DNA of 52,406 nucleotides, from assembly GCA_032718475.1 (NCBI GenBank), contig JAUCBJ010007054.1:1-52406 (forward strand). The letters are read 5' to 3'. Shown here piece by piece: positions 21,884-35,900 of this stretch. A program made the position numbers and the translations under genes. The notes beneath the pieces are model-generated. The model was not told where the DNA came from. It was given only the letters and a program-made list of their open reading frames with translations, and ran no database searches. Origin of the DNA: Nemertoderma westbladi (lineage: Eukaryota > Animalia > Xenacoelomorpha). Numbering within the stretch: the first letter of the stretch is position 1; every line of letters starts with the position of its first letter.

Positions 21884-22452
21884 AATTTGTAGGCTGAGCT
21901 GTTGTCTGATTGCTGTTAAGTCCGAACGAATTGCAGTGTGTGTAGATCACCTGTCCGATTAAGTACGGTTAGGAAGTAGGGGCAGCGAACGCTGTAAGGT
22001 AAACCCCCAACTAAAGAATAAGTCGCACTACTGGGTTAGAGCGCATACTCCCTAATCATTTCGGAGTCTGCATGTCCTGTAGTTTATTTAGGCTTGAGAG
22101 TAGTCTGCCATCGTTTAGTCTGTACTTTGTTTGTGTAAGTCTGTACGGGTAGCGTATAATTTTATTTAGATAATTTGTAGGCTGGATAGTTGTCCGGCTG
22201 TTATTAGGTCTGAACGGATTGCAGTGTGTGTAGATCATTTGTCTGATTAAGTACGGTTAGGAAGTAGGGGCAGCGAACGCTGTAAGGTAAACCCCCAACT
22301 AAAGAATAAGTCGCACTACTGGGTTAGAGCGCATACTCCCTAATCATTTCGGAGTCTGCATATACCGTAGTTTGTTTAGGCTTGATAGTAGTCTGTCAGT
22401 GTTCGGTCTGTATTTTGTTTGAGTAGTTTGTACGCGTAGCGTAATATTTATT
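21884..22452. repeat. Tandem duplication (288-bp period) in the BEL 5' leader
   Basis: The GCAGTGTGTGTAGATCA...GGAGTCTGCAT block occurs at 21933 and 22221, with a long identical core. Confidence 0.92.
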
Positions 22453-23768
22453 ATTCAGAGTTTATGCGATTATCCGCAACATTCATTCCCCAAGTTTTTT
22501 CCTACAGTAATTGTGTTTGTTATACATACCGCTATAGTTAAATTAACCCCGGTACTACACGGGCTGCTCGGCGTAGGTAAAGACTGGTGATTTTGTGCAT
22601 CGGTCACTCCAGCAGATGCCGTGGTTCTTTTAGCTGTTCAAGTATATTTAACTACTGATTATCTGTTGTACAAGTACTCGTACCTAATTTAGGGTTTAGT
22701 GTACAGTACTTTCCGAAGTAATTAGTGTAAACATTATATTTGTGTTGTAAAGTGGTTGATAGGCACGTTCGATTAGCTCTATTAACTTCTAGGTAGGAAC
22801 ACTCCGTGATACATAACGTAGAACCTATAGCGATACGGCTATAGGTCGTCAGGCGGTGGTATTTTCCTATCTGGACAACGCAGTGTATTTACTACTACTT
22901 ATTATTTCAAAAACCGTAGTACCCTGTCCGTTGTAATAACCGGTTATCTAACCCTTTGTTAGGCTGGTTTGTAGACTTCTTGTAAAATTACCCTAAAAAT
23001 TCGTATTTTGTGTTTTTTGTAAATTTTTGTGTTTATTTAGAGATTGTAATCTCACCCGAATTGTACGTAATTTGTAGTATTAAGTAACTTAGGTAAATTA
23101 GTATTATTTGTTTTAGTGTCTCATAAGTAACACTTCATTGAAAGCGCACCGCTTTGTGTAGTGATTACCCCCCAGAAATAATAACATTTATTTCAAACAT
23201 TGACAAAACCCATTAAAACGGGTATATATATATATATTATAAATCAAATCTAACGATTTATAAATAGTAGGCCTACCATATAACAATTAGGTCTCAATAT
23301 CAGTTGGACTACTGCTCAAATAACGGTAATAAAGTAAGTAAAGTAACCAAGTAACCCTAAAATACAGAAATTCAATTATTTAAAATAATTGATATACCGG
23401 TATTTACGATAGGCCTATTATCTTTATTTCTATAAATTTAGGCTGAAATTATACCGGTACTTGTAATTAATTCTAGTCCAGAATTATATATACTACAAAT
23501 TGTAAACTGTATACCGGTATTCCCGATAGGCCTATTATATATTTATATATATTTGTGCTAAAATTATACCGGTATTCTGAGATAAACCTAGTCTGTAATA
23601 ATACTTATATATACTATAAGCATACCGGTATTTTAATATATTATATATATATCACGCTACACTGAGTAGCAGTATCGGTAATTAATTACTAGGCTAGCAG
23701 TTAATACTGAATTACTAGACTTGCTTAGACTGTAATATAGCAGTAGGCATTCAACTGTACATACAAAT

Positions 23769-26700
23769 ATGTCTGATACTAAGCAGAACCTGTCAGACAG
23801 TTTATTAGATGTAACTATCTGCGACTCAGATAGAGACGTACAACCATCTGGTCGTAAGTTCAGTTCACCTCCCACTGTGAGGAAGGTCATCCCTCCAGTA
23901 GTAATAACAGAACCTAGGCTAGTCCAACATCGTAGGTCTATCATAGGCACCCGAGCTCAGGTCAAGCGGGACCAAGAAGCAGCGGAACAGCAACAACCCG
24001 CTAGTCAAGAACTTATTCCTCAGCGGCCCAGCAGCTCCAGTAGTGAGGATACTGTAGAGCTGACACCCGAGCGCGGAGCAGAGATGACGGATGCGGTTTA
24101 TACGGATCCCCTTCTCATCCTTCCTGCAGCCGTACTCACTAGGTTATTGATCGCGGTGGAAGAACACCAGATCGATTGGGCGAGAAGTCAACGGTCAACT
24201 AGAGATAGTTATGCGGGATACACGAGTGAAGAACTGAGGTCTATTGTCGAGTCGCAATGGAACTTCCCCGGACCCGGACTCCCGTTTGATTTATCAGAAG
24301 CTGCCTGGGAAGACATACACCGGATGGGAGTAGCCAAGGAAACCATCGATCCAGCTGTGTGGAAGAGGTCCGCAGCCGGATACGCACAGGGATTCTTCAG
24401 CTCTATAGAGCGATTTAAAGAACAACTGTTTCAACAACCTCAAGGACCTCAAGAGCAGGGATTGCTGCTTTATCAAGTTAGAGAAAGAATTCTACGAATC
24501 AGGCTAATCTTATCAGCCTTTGAGGAGGCTTCTAAATGAAGACAAGACACGTCGTTGCAAGTTGCCGTAAAGACTTGGTTTCAACGGGTGAGTCTCCAGG
24601 TTCAAGGAACAGCTCAGTGGAAAGCTCAGCTGGAGGAGCGATCAACCCATGGAGAATCAACAGACGCTACTTTTTCCCAAGTGGAAAGTGAAGCGACGGC
24701 AGAGAAACCGCATAAGAGGGATGCCATTGACATCTATCTGTCAGACTATCAACGTTTTTTAGGTGATGACGAGTTGAGGAGAAGGTTAGAGGGACTTAGC
24801 CCTAATAGTGAAGGAACCAAGCTTGTGTTGGATGCCATCGATGTGGAAATGAGGGCTGCGAATCAGGCCAAATTTGATGAACAACTCCGCCTGACACGAG
24901 TCCAAGAAGAGCAAGTAAAGAAAAAACGCATAGAAGACAGAAAGAAAGCAGCAGTGGTAGCTGCAGAAGCAGAAAGAAAAGCGGCAGCGGCAGAGGCAGT
25001 GGCAGAGGCAAAGGCGGCAGCGGCAGTGGCAGAAGCAAAAGCAGAAGCAGAAAGAAAGGCGGCAATGGCAGCGGCCGAAGCGGAAAGAAAAGCGACAGAG
25101 GCAGTGGCAGAAGCAGAACGGAGAGCAGCTGAAGAAACCATCCAATTAGAATTGGAAAACATTCAGGAGAATCAAGACTGCATAAATAAACAGTTAACAG
25201 CTAGTAATATGCAGATGATGAATCGATCTACTCCCAAAAGACAGGGATATACATCATCGGAGGAAGGCGATACCACCGATACTGAAGGCAAAGGAAATAG
25301 ATCTCGTCTAAGCAGACGTAAAAGAACATTCCACCGTCAGAAATTGCCTGATTTGCCTCCAGCTGTTAGAAGGCAACTAAATAACACCAACTTAGGTAGT
25401 ACAGAGCCCACAGACCAAATAATTAAAATAGAAAGACTCCCTACTATAGTAGATGAGCCTGAAGTAATTAGGCCTGTTCTTGAAATCACCCCTTCGGTGA
25501 TAGACACCCCTGTGCTCCCTGAAACTACCTCTAAATTCCCTCTGCATAGCACTAAGCTACCTGTGCCCCGCAGAACTGCCCAGGAGACAGTTCAGGTCCT
25601 GGACCCCGAGCGAAATATTCACAATTTGTCGCCCGTTGTCCCTCGTCCGCCCGCTACAACGTTGGCGACTCCCGCTTCGGCGGTCGAATGGGTGGACGAG
25701 AGACGGCGGGGGATGGATATCCTGCTCGGGCAGATGCAGGAGACTGTCCAGCAATTCAAGGGCACAGTAAGGGAAAGTAGACTAGAGTTGCAAGAAGTGC
25801 AGCAAAGTATCGCGCTCGAACGCGATAAATTAGTAAATACTCAAAGGGGTATACCACCACCCTCTGTAACAATGTGTCAACCTGTTAGGTCTGAAGTATC
25901 TCATGCGCAAGGTGTGGAGCCTACACGCATATATACTGCTAGCGAAGTAGAAACTCCTATAGTGAACCCTATTAAGGGTAATTATAGACCTGTTGATAAT
26001 GACATTCCCTATAGAACTGATCATAATCCGAGAAATTTATATACCGATAACTCGATATTAAATAACACGATGGCCCAAGAAAGTTTTACGCGTCAAATGG
26101 CTAGAACCGAAGCCCGGCAAGCGGTGAAGGTGGGAGAGATAGTCAAATTCAATGGAGATGAGATGAAATGGTTACCTTTTAATGAATATTACAAAGATAA
26201 CATACAGAACTCTGTACTATCTAATGGAGAAAAACTTAGATACCTCATCGAGTGCTTGGAAGGATCTCCTAAGTTAATGGCGTTAAAGTTTATTGGACAT
26301 CCGGACGGATTAAGACAAGTTTGGGACACACTAAACATCAGGTATGGTAATAGGAATAATATCGCTAAGTATTTATATGCAAAATTAGTAGCGCCCAGAA
26401 AGTTCATCAGCAGTGGGATTATAGAGTTTTCCGATGAGATTCAGGAGATCTGTAGACAACTAGATTGGTTAGGTAAGTCTCATGAATACCAGAATTCTAT
26501 GGTTGTAGGAGCCTTAGCATCTACTTTGCCCAAGGGTGGAGTAGGTACACGCTGGGACAAGAAGGTGTTATATATGATGGAACAACAACAACGAGACCCT
26601 ACCATGGCTGATCTCATGTCATTCCTGGATAGCGAGGTGAAATTACAGCTCATAAAGCAGTCCAGAGAGAAGACAGCGGAAAGTAAGGTAAGTGAGAAAC

Positions 26701-28718
26701 CCGTTTCTAGGAGAAGGGTAATACCAGTATGTTATACCGACGACGGTGAAACCCAAACTTCTCAAGGAGAGGACAGCGGGAAAGACACTGACAGATCTTA
26801 TGTCAATAAAATGCCTAAAGATCAGGTAAGTAAATCCAAGTCTCGACCCAATGACAGAAGGGAACCGGTACAAAAAACCCCTCCTACGTCTCCTAAAAGA
26901 ATTCAGGTGAGAAAGCCCGAGGAAAGAACAAGTGTGCACCACACAGCACATGTTAAAGTAAGTAACATCAAGCCCAAATGTGTGCTGTGCGACGGGCCCC
27001 ACCGTTTAAATGCGTGTGATAAATTCCTGAGGAAATCACTAAAGGATAGACGTGAAGTCATGTGGGATAAGCGGTTGTGTTATAATTGCCTCAGACGAGG
27101 ACACCAACGGCGAACCTGTAACTCCGACGCAAGGTGTGCAAAGTGCGGCGCAAAACATCATATCTTGTTGCACACGGAATTCGAACGAAACAGCCCGAGT
27201 CAGGTAAGTGAGTCCGAACTATATGTCCAATTCAGTGATGTGAACGACACTGATCAATCTGAGATGGAAGGATTCTATACGGACGAGTTCTCCGACCAAA
27301 ACGAATCCTGTTACCTAATAAACACCACCGCAGTGTATCGAACACTCGTGTATGAGAAAGACACAGACAGCGACCTTACCTTAACTACTTCCGATCAACA
27401 ACCATCTTGGAAAGCGCCAACTTCCAATATAGGAATCCGAGAATTTCCTGTAGTCCAGTTACGGGTCCACGGACCTCAGAAGAGCTATATAGTGAACGCC
27501 CTCCTGGACTCCGGTAGCACAGGAACATTCATCGATAAAGAACTAGCCGAAGTCATCTTTGCTGGACAACCCAAGTTCCGAACCAAGCTAAACATGTCAG
27601 GGATCATGCAGGTTTGGAATTCTACTGTAGCTGCCGACTATTATATAGGTGAGTTGTCCACCCCACAGGATAAACTAGGAGAATATAGTATAAGGTCAGT
27701 GAAAATGGTGGCTATAAAGAACTTCGCTACTACTCAAGCAGACCTTTATAATTGGGAAGAGGATGAGAGCATCCAACATCTTAACATACCTCGATTCCAG
27801 ACTGATTATCCTGGATTGCAAATACTCATCGGCCAAAACGCGCATGAGGCGCTGGAGACATTAGAGAAACGACCTGCTCAACCGCAGCCACTACAGACCT
27901 ATGCGGTAAGAACTAGAGTAGGTTGGTACCTTACTGGACCTTCCCGTAGAACGCTCAGGGAAAGACTGCTTCAAGATCGCGTCTGCCAGGTGAGTGAATG
28001 GGAAGATGATACTAGTGAGGGAGATGACCCAACTGAGGGAACACCACACTCCTCAGATAATGACAATCTTAGCTCCAATGTAGATCAATGGAGATATTGC
28101 CCCAAGAAGTTTAATCCAACTGACATCGCTTCCAGAGGAGCAACTCCTCAAGAACTGACAGATACTACAGACCGGTTAGGTGAACCCGACTTCCTGAGTA
28201 AGGAGGATGAATGGCCTCCCCATCTTACTCCGACTGAGATTAGACCAGCCAAGGGAGCGGAGAAAGTCAAACCTAAAACCCGGACGGGTGGATCGGAGTT
28301 ATTTGAACCCGGGATAGATCTGTCGGTATTACATATTGCCAGGGACGACGCCGTGGATCTGGACCTCCCCACCGCGAGTGGATCCTTCATGAAGATCAGA
28401 GAGAGCGATTGGAGCTCTGGAACATCAGACGTCTCGCAGGGACTCTCACCTCTCCTGCAGAGAGCGACGGACCACTATAGCTCCTGGAATCGGCTTTGTG
28501 ACGCCGTCATATACTTTGAGCGATGTTTCTATCGTCACTATTCCAGGACGAAGAGGAAACCTGGAATTGTATTCAGGATGCAGCGACTCAATCACCCAGT
28601 CGGTCGTTTGTGTTTATCGGAAGGGAATGGAGGACTCTCCGGAAACTGTGGAAGGCAAGATTCTCTTCCCACGACCACCTCCCTAATCCTTCAAACATCT
28701 AGGGACTCCATAACGTAA
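23769..28718 (+). CDS. BEL/Pao gag-protease polyprotein with in-frame pol remnants, broken by one TGA (24537-24539)
   Basis: ORFs 23769-24539 and 24555-28718 share a frame. It has an Ala/Glu coiled coil, DUF1759-like KFNGDEMKW...EKLRYL, three BEL zinc knuckles (CVLCDGPHRLNAC, CYNCLRRGHQRRTC, CAKCGAKHHILLH), protease ALLDSGSTGTFI and RTRVGWYLTGP. There is no RT motif. Confidence 0.9.
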
Positions 28719-31700
28719 CAACATATGGAGTGGGTGTGTGACTCTATTATTTTATATTATTTTATTATTTTTATATTTATGTATGTATTACTATGTAATT
28801 CTATTATAATCGTTTTCTTTAATTTTATTCAGTAGAATGTTATTTTAGCGATTATTTAGTAGATTAGTGCAATATATATTCGCGTTTATTACTTAATTAC
28901 GTATATATTATATTTAATGCGACGGCAAGAAATAATTCTTTTCCTTCTTCCTTACTGTCCGTATTACATTACAAATACGTAACTACAGTAAGATGAAATG
29001 TCCGTACTTATTAAAGTACAATAAAGCCACTACTATATTCAAGTATTATTGGTAGGCAGAGTATTAGGAATGCAAAGTTCAGATCCTCGTGTCTCGGCTA
29101 AACCAAGCTCTGGGTAGACCTTGGAAACGACTTGCCTCTTCACACTGACATTGCTTCGTGCGATATTGCTCTCATACCGTATATTAAATAATACATATAG
29201 TAGCGTGATGTCCCTTTAACAGTAGCGTATAACGCAAAATAAATCTGTTAAACCCTTTGACCATCTGTAATTCTAGTCGATTAAGATATCGCAGCACCCA
29301 CCGATATACTTGAAAGACAAATTCTAGAATCAGTGGTTAACGTCCCCAGACAAGTTCTGGAATAAATCGGTGCCCATCTCAAATATTAATTATTTAATAT
29401 TTGCAAATCTAATAAATCAAAATCTGTAAAATTCAGATCCTTCAACAATTCTAGTCAATTAAGATATCGTAGCATTTACCGATATTCTTAAAAAAGACAA
29501 TTGTCATAGAATTAAGGATCTTGTGTCCCTAGACATGTTCTAGAATCAAAATATGTCCATTTAATTATCAAATAATAAAATTTCAGGGAATAAATTTAAA
29601 TTCATGCTTTTTAATGAATTTAATAAATTGCCATTTTTACGCAATTTATAAAGTTCCCAAAATTCCATTAATTAATAGATCAAGGGAGCGGAGATTTATC
29701 TTATCATGCGTATGAGTGTGTGAAAGTCTCCCAAACATAGTCAATAGCCGATAAAATTCATAAAGTCATGTATAAAACAGAACATTGACTATTAAAGAAT
29801 ACTATTAAATAACATCCCAGATCTGTATGCATTGGAATTACTCTAATTCTACCGCTAGCTTTGCATAATGTCACCATAGCAACAACCACGCTAGAATTAG
29901 AATTGAGTTAAAAGAAAAATAGAAAGCTTGTTCTATTGAATAGCATAGGGAATAAATAGCGCACTGATAGTATCCAAGAATACATAATAATACAGTGACA
30001 TTCTGGAAGGCATTGACTAACGGACAAATGGTCCGAATGTGCGTAGTTGTGACCAGTTGTGTGGTATTTGTGAGTTTATAGGTGAATGTTACTGCTAAAG
30101 TGTGTTTACAGTAGCTAGTCGCAATCGTAAAAGTAACCTAACTCTCCAAGAAAAACCTGAAGTACATCTAAGCCTTTGGGACGGACAGTTGAGTGACTTG
30201 TGCCGGTGGTCGTTGTCGTTGTGCGGCTACGTCGTTGGCGAAAGTACAGCGGCGACGACACATCGGCGCTGAGGATCTCGTACTGTCCGGGGGTTGATTG
30301 GGGTAGGCAGCGACGTCCGCTCGCCTAAATATAAACTCATTATAATATGGATAAACTCATATATAGCAGATATGACGGAGTTGATAGAAGATGGTCTTGG
30401 TATCGGGGAGCGATATACTCTACTTTTACAAGCGTTTGTTGTTAGCTTAATACGCGGCGACTTTAGTCCAACTGCTGCGGAGGACGATGGTCGTTATATC
30501 GAACCGCCAATGTCCCAAGAGCAGCTCGCGCGCGAGTTGGACTATAGAAAATTCGCTGCTCGATATACGCAGCGTAATGGTACGTATATGGTCTTCTTAA
30601 CTACTGGTCATCCTATCGATTTACACAATACGGACTATGTCGACTATATATCCTGCCCAGCGGAGTCGGAACCATAAACTGAAATTCGAATGCGAAAATT
30701 CTATTCAAAATCGACTCGAAAGAAAAGACACTAAAGAAACAAATAAACGCGGTAACTCCAACGTATATTTGGAATTCTTGATAGAAGCATTGTAACAACA
30801 AATAAATATCACCCGCGTTTCCCCTACCAGACGTGCGTCTTTGGTATTATTACGGTAAATGCCCTAGATCCAGCCAATAAACGGAAAGACATAAACATCC
30901 ACGGAAACGTTGTGTTAAACACAGTTGTATTCGTTATATTTACTGGAGTTTCGAGCGAAACTTGTTTGACGTATCACCTATGCTCACTCGGCTCTAACGA
31001 TCCTAGAGTAAACCTACGATCAGAGTCCCGGAATACTCGGTCAAACCTCCTCATTCCTTAGTTGGACCTCAGACCTGTGATCCTGGTGGTGTCGCGGATC
31101 CTCGCGGACTGTATTCACTGTTCAAGATCTAGTGCTACCCTAACAATTAATCGGTAACACTCCGACAGTGATTTCTAGCTAGCCGCCCATCTTGCCTAGC
31201 CGGATTATGACGCAGACACCTAATATCACTATCCAACCGTATGGTCGTCCCCGTTTAACGCGATACAACCCCTCATCAAGGTGAAGGAGAGCGTTGTACG
31301 AAACGAGTTAAACGCTATTCTATAAAGATCAAAAAGGAAACCTGCGTTTGTTCAGATAAACGTAAGTTATAACAGTAAGTCCAATCGATAAACGAATTGG
31401 CCTTATCTCAATTCGATTGGGAAATCCAGAATCTCTAAGAACTTGGACGATCCTATTCTCTGCGAGAGTTTTTGGATGAACGTATCCAGCTACGAGCGGA
31501 GGAAAATCAGCTCGAGGAGAAGCATATCGAAACGGCAGATACCTCGACCATAAACCTACACCTTCTGATGCAATCATATTGCACCCTTCACCCAGGAGTT
31601 ATGGCCCTCCTAGTAAAGTGGCTCCCCCCAAAGAGAGAAAGACTCTTGCTAGCCTCAAAAAACTGCGTAAACGCCGTCTGCGTAAAAAAGACTAACTGTT

Positions 31701-31773
31701 TAGAGTATCTTTATGTTTTAGAAACTGTGATTTTTATATTTTATAGACTGAAAATCCCATTTTCTGGGAGCAG

Positions 31774-32990
31774 TGTAAAAGCTTTTGCTGAATTGTCTGG
31801 TTATTTTTCCTTATTTTTCCCGTAAAATACTCTGTAGTTGGTTTACCAGGCATAAAAAGGCCGTGTCCTTGCTGTACTGGTGTTTTAGCGGACATAAAAG
31901 CTATTTCTTCTGTATTTGTACTTTAGAGGACATAATCCGTAATTCCGTGACGTAAAAGCTCGATACTCTTGAAAACAGTGTCGCTACCATGACGACGGCT
32001 AGCAGCTGATATTGCCACGTCGACGTTTCTTTGTTTCTCTGTTCTCTCGTTGTTCAGGTTGACCAATCAGAGCGTTTGTTGTCTCTGTGTTGGAGGTATA
32101 TACAGAAACTCAGTAGTTCAGTGTTATTTTTTTGCCCAGAGCCTAAGAACCGGCTTTGGCACCTCCGTGTTTTCAGTTTTTAGTCTTACACTAGTAGGTT
32201 TAATTATAAAGGGCATATATCCTTTAACTCATGGAATCACTGATCTGGGAATACACTGACTGTTGACACACGGCTTTTAATAACTGCTGAAACTGCTAAA
32301 ATTACCTGCTCAATCGATACTGTGTACTGCTATTTGTTGTCGGTTATTCATTATAATGGTTGATGAATTATTATATTGGAATAACGAGAAATAACCCCGA
32401 AAACCCAATATTCTTGATATACCGAAGGTAAGAGAGAAAGGTTACCAATAACGATTGTGACTTATGTTAAAGTGGTTTGAAGTGAATCTAATGTTATTTG
32501 ATAGACCCTACATGAGTCAGTCTGTGTTCCTTTTATAGGTGACTAAAATCAGTGAAGATTGGCAGATTAGTGTGCAGTATTGTGCAGCATTGTGTATGAG
32601 TGAGTCTGTTAAAGAAGCAATTCCTAAAGAATGCGCCATATATGTGAATTATAATTAAGCCATATCGTTGTGAGTAGTTTAAGTCATAACTCTGTTTATA
32701 TAGATAAAGCGCCACGTCCTAAAGGAACTGTTAATATTCCCGAAGGTAAATAATATTGTCAGAGATTATATAATACTGTCAGTCGAATAATACATTAGGC
32801 TTACATAGCAATAAAATTAAACCGTCGAACCCAATCTCCCGGGAATATCCAGCGGGTGAATGATCGCGCACAGATTGGTTTCGACTAGTGTAGTGAATCA
32901 AATACTTGTCATAGACTAAAAACCGATTTAATATCTAGAAGACATCTTAATTTGGTGGGTTAAACTGCCAAAGGTCTGAAAGCGCGAACA
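31774..32990 (+). repeat. 3' LTR (1217 bp)
   Basis: Copy of 20382-21598, followed by the TSD TCTTT. Confidence 0.97.
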
Positions 32991-35900
32991 TCTTTCGACC
33001 CCACAGAACGCTCCCACTGATATCAACTTATTCTACCTGCTTACATCTACTCTTTCTACCCCACAGACCGCATCCAATGATTTATACTCTTTCTACCTGC
33101 TAACATATACTCTTTCTATCGACAGACCGCTCCCGCTAACATCTACTCTTTCTATCCACAGACCGCTCCCACTAACATCTACTCTTTCTACCTGCTAACA
33201 TCTACTCTTTCTACCCACAGACGGCTTCCACTGATATCTACTCTTTCTACCTACAGACCGCTCCCGCTAACATCTACTCTTTCTATTCACAGACCGCTCC
33301 CACTGATATCTACTCTTTCTACCTGCAAACATCTACTCTTTCTACCCACAGACCGCTTCCACTAACATCTACTCTTTCTACCCACACGCACACACCCCTC
33401 CCACTAACATCTACTCTTTCTACCCACAGACCGCTCCCACTAACATCTACTCTTTCTACCTACTAACATCTACTCTTTCTGCCCACAGACCGCTCCCACT
33501 GTTATCTACTATTTCTACCCACAGACCGCTCCCACTGATATCTACTCGTTCTACCCACAGACCGCTCCCGATAAAATGTACTATTTCTACACAGACCGCT
33601 CCAACTAACATCTACTCTTTCTACCCACTAACATCTACTCTTTCTACCCACAGACAGCTCCCACTGCTTTCTACTCTTTCTACCCACAGACCGCTCCCAC
33701 TTTTATCTACTCTTTCTACCCACAGACTGCTCCCGATAAAATCTAATATTTCTACACAGACCGCTCCCATTAACATCTACTCTTTCTACCCACAGACCGC
33801 TCCCACTAACATCTACTCTTTCTACCCACAGATCGCACCCACTAACATCTACTCTTTCTACCCCACAGACCGCTCCCGCTAACATCTACTCTTTCAATCC
33901 AGAAACCGCTCCCACTGATATCTACTCTTTCTACCTGGTAACATCTACACTTTCTACCCCACAGACCGCTCCCACTGATATATACTCTTTCTACCTGGTA
34001 ACATCTACTCTTTCTACCCACTAACATCTACTCATTCGCACCCACAGACCGCTCCCACTGATATATAATCTTTCTACCTGATAACATCTACTCTTTTTAC
34101 ATGCTAACATCTGCTCTTTCTACCCACAGACCGCACCCACTGATGTCTACTCTTTCTACCTGCTAACATCTACTCTTTATATCCACAGACCGCTCCCACT
34201 AACATCTACTCTTTCTACCCACAGACCGCTCCCGCTAACATCTACTCTTTCTACCCACAGACCACTCCCACTGATATCTACTCTTTCTACCTAGTAACAT
34301 CTACTATTTCTGCCCCACAGACCGCTCCCACGTATATATACTCTTTCTACCTGCTAACATCTACTATTTCTACTCCACAGACCGCTCCCACTGATATCAA
34401 CTTATTCTACCTGCTTACATCTACTATTTCTGCCCCACAGACCGCTCCCACGTATATATACTCTTTCTACCTGCTAACATCTACTATTTCTACTCCACAG
34501 ACCGCTCCCACTGATATCAACTTATTCTACCTGCTTACATCTACTCTTTCTACCCCACAGACCGCATCCAATGATTTATACTCTTTCTACCTGCTAACAT
34601 ATACTCTTTCTATCGACAGACCGCTCCCGCTAACATCTACTCTTTCTACCCACAGACCGCTCCCGCTAACATCTACTCTTTCTATCCACAGACCACTCCC
34701 ACTGATATCTACTCTTTCCACTTGGTAACATCTACACTTTCTACCCCACAGACCGCTCCCACTGATATCTACTCTTTCTACCTGGTAACATCTACTCTTT
34801 CTGCCCCACAGACCGCTCCCACGTATATATACTCTTTCTACCTGCTAACATCTACTCTTTCGACCCCACAGAACGCTCCCACTGATATCAACTTATTCTA
34901 CCTGCTTACATCTACTCTTTCTACCCCACAGACCGCATCCAATGATTTATACTCTTTCTACCTGCTAACATATACTCTTTCTATCGACAGACCGCTCCCG
35001 CTAACATCTACTCTTTCTACCCACAGACCGCTCCCGCTAACATCTACTCTTTCTATCCACAGACCACTCCCACTGATATCTACTCTTTCCACTTGGTAAC
35101 ATCTACACTTTCTACCCCACAGACCGCTCCCACTGATATCTACTCTTTCTACCTGCTAACATATACTCTTTTTACATGCTATCATCTACTCTTTCTACCC
35201 ACAGACCGCACCCACTGATTTCTACTCTTTCTACCTGCTAACATCTACTCGTTCTATCCACAGACCGCCCCCACTGATATCTACTCTTTCTACCCACAGA
35301 CCGCTCCCGCTAACATCTACTCTTTCTACCCACAGACCGCTCCCACTGATATCTACTCTTTCTACCTGGTAACATCTACTCTTTCTGCCCCACAGACCGC
35401 TCCCACTGATATCAACTCTTTCTACCTGCTAACATCTATTCTTTCTGCCCCACAGACCGCTCCCACTGATATCTACTCTTTCTACCTGGTAACATCTACT
35501 CTTTCTACCCCACAGACCGCTTTCACTGATATCTAATCTTTCTACCTGGTAACATCTACTCTTTCTACCCCACAGACCGCTTTCACTGATATCTAATCTT
35601 TCTACCTGCTAACATTTACTCTTTCTACCTGCTAACATCTACTCTTTCTATCCACAGACCGCCCCCACTGATATCTACTCTTTCTACCCACAGACCGCTC
35701 CCGCTAACATCTACTCTTTCTACCCACAGACCGCTCCCACTGATATCAACTCTTTCTACCTGCTAACATCTACTCTTTCTGCCCCACAGACCGCTCCCAC
35801 TGATATCTACTCTTTCTACCTGGTAACATCTACTCTTTCTACCCCACAGACCGCTTTCACTGATATCTAATCTTTCTACCTGCTAACATCTACTCTTTCT

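Larger units (their letters stand above)
20382..32990 (+). mobile_element. Non-autonomous BEL/Pao LTR retrotransposon, 12.6 kb, 5-bp TSD TCTTT
   Basis: Two 1217-bp TG...CA LTRs; TCTTT at 20377-20381 and 32991-32995; PPT-like GGGAGCAG before the 3' LTR; BEL-type gag and protease. Confidence 0.96.

Noticed and set aside
30294-31825. env gene call
   Set aside because: No long ORF, signal peptide or convincing transmembrane anchor. Kept only as unexplained cargo.
20658-32715. Short ORFs duplicated at 20658/32050 and 21141/32533
   Set aside because: They lie inside the LTRs and are identical only because the LTRs are.
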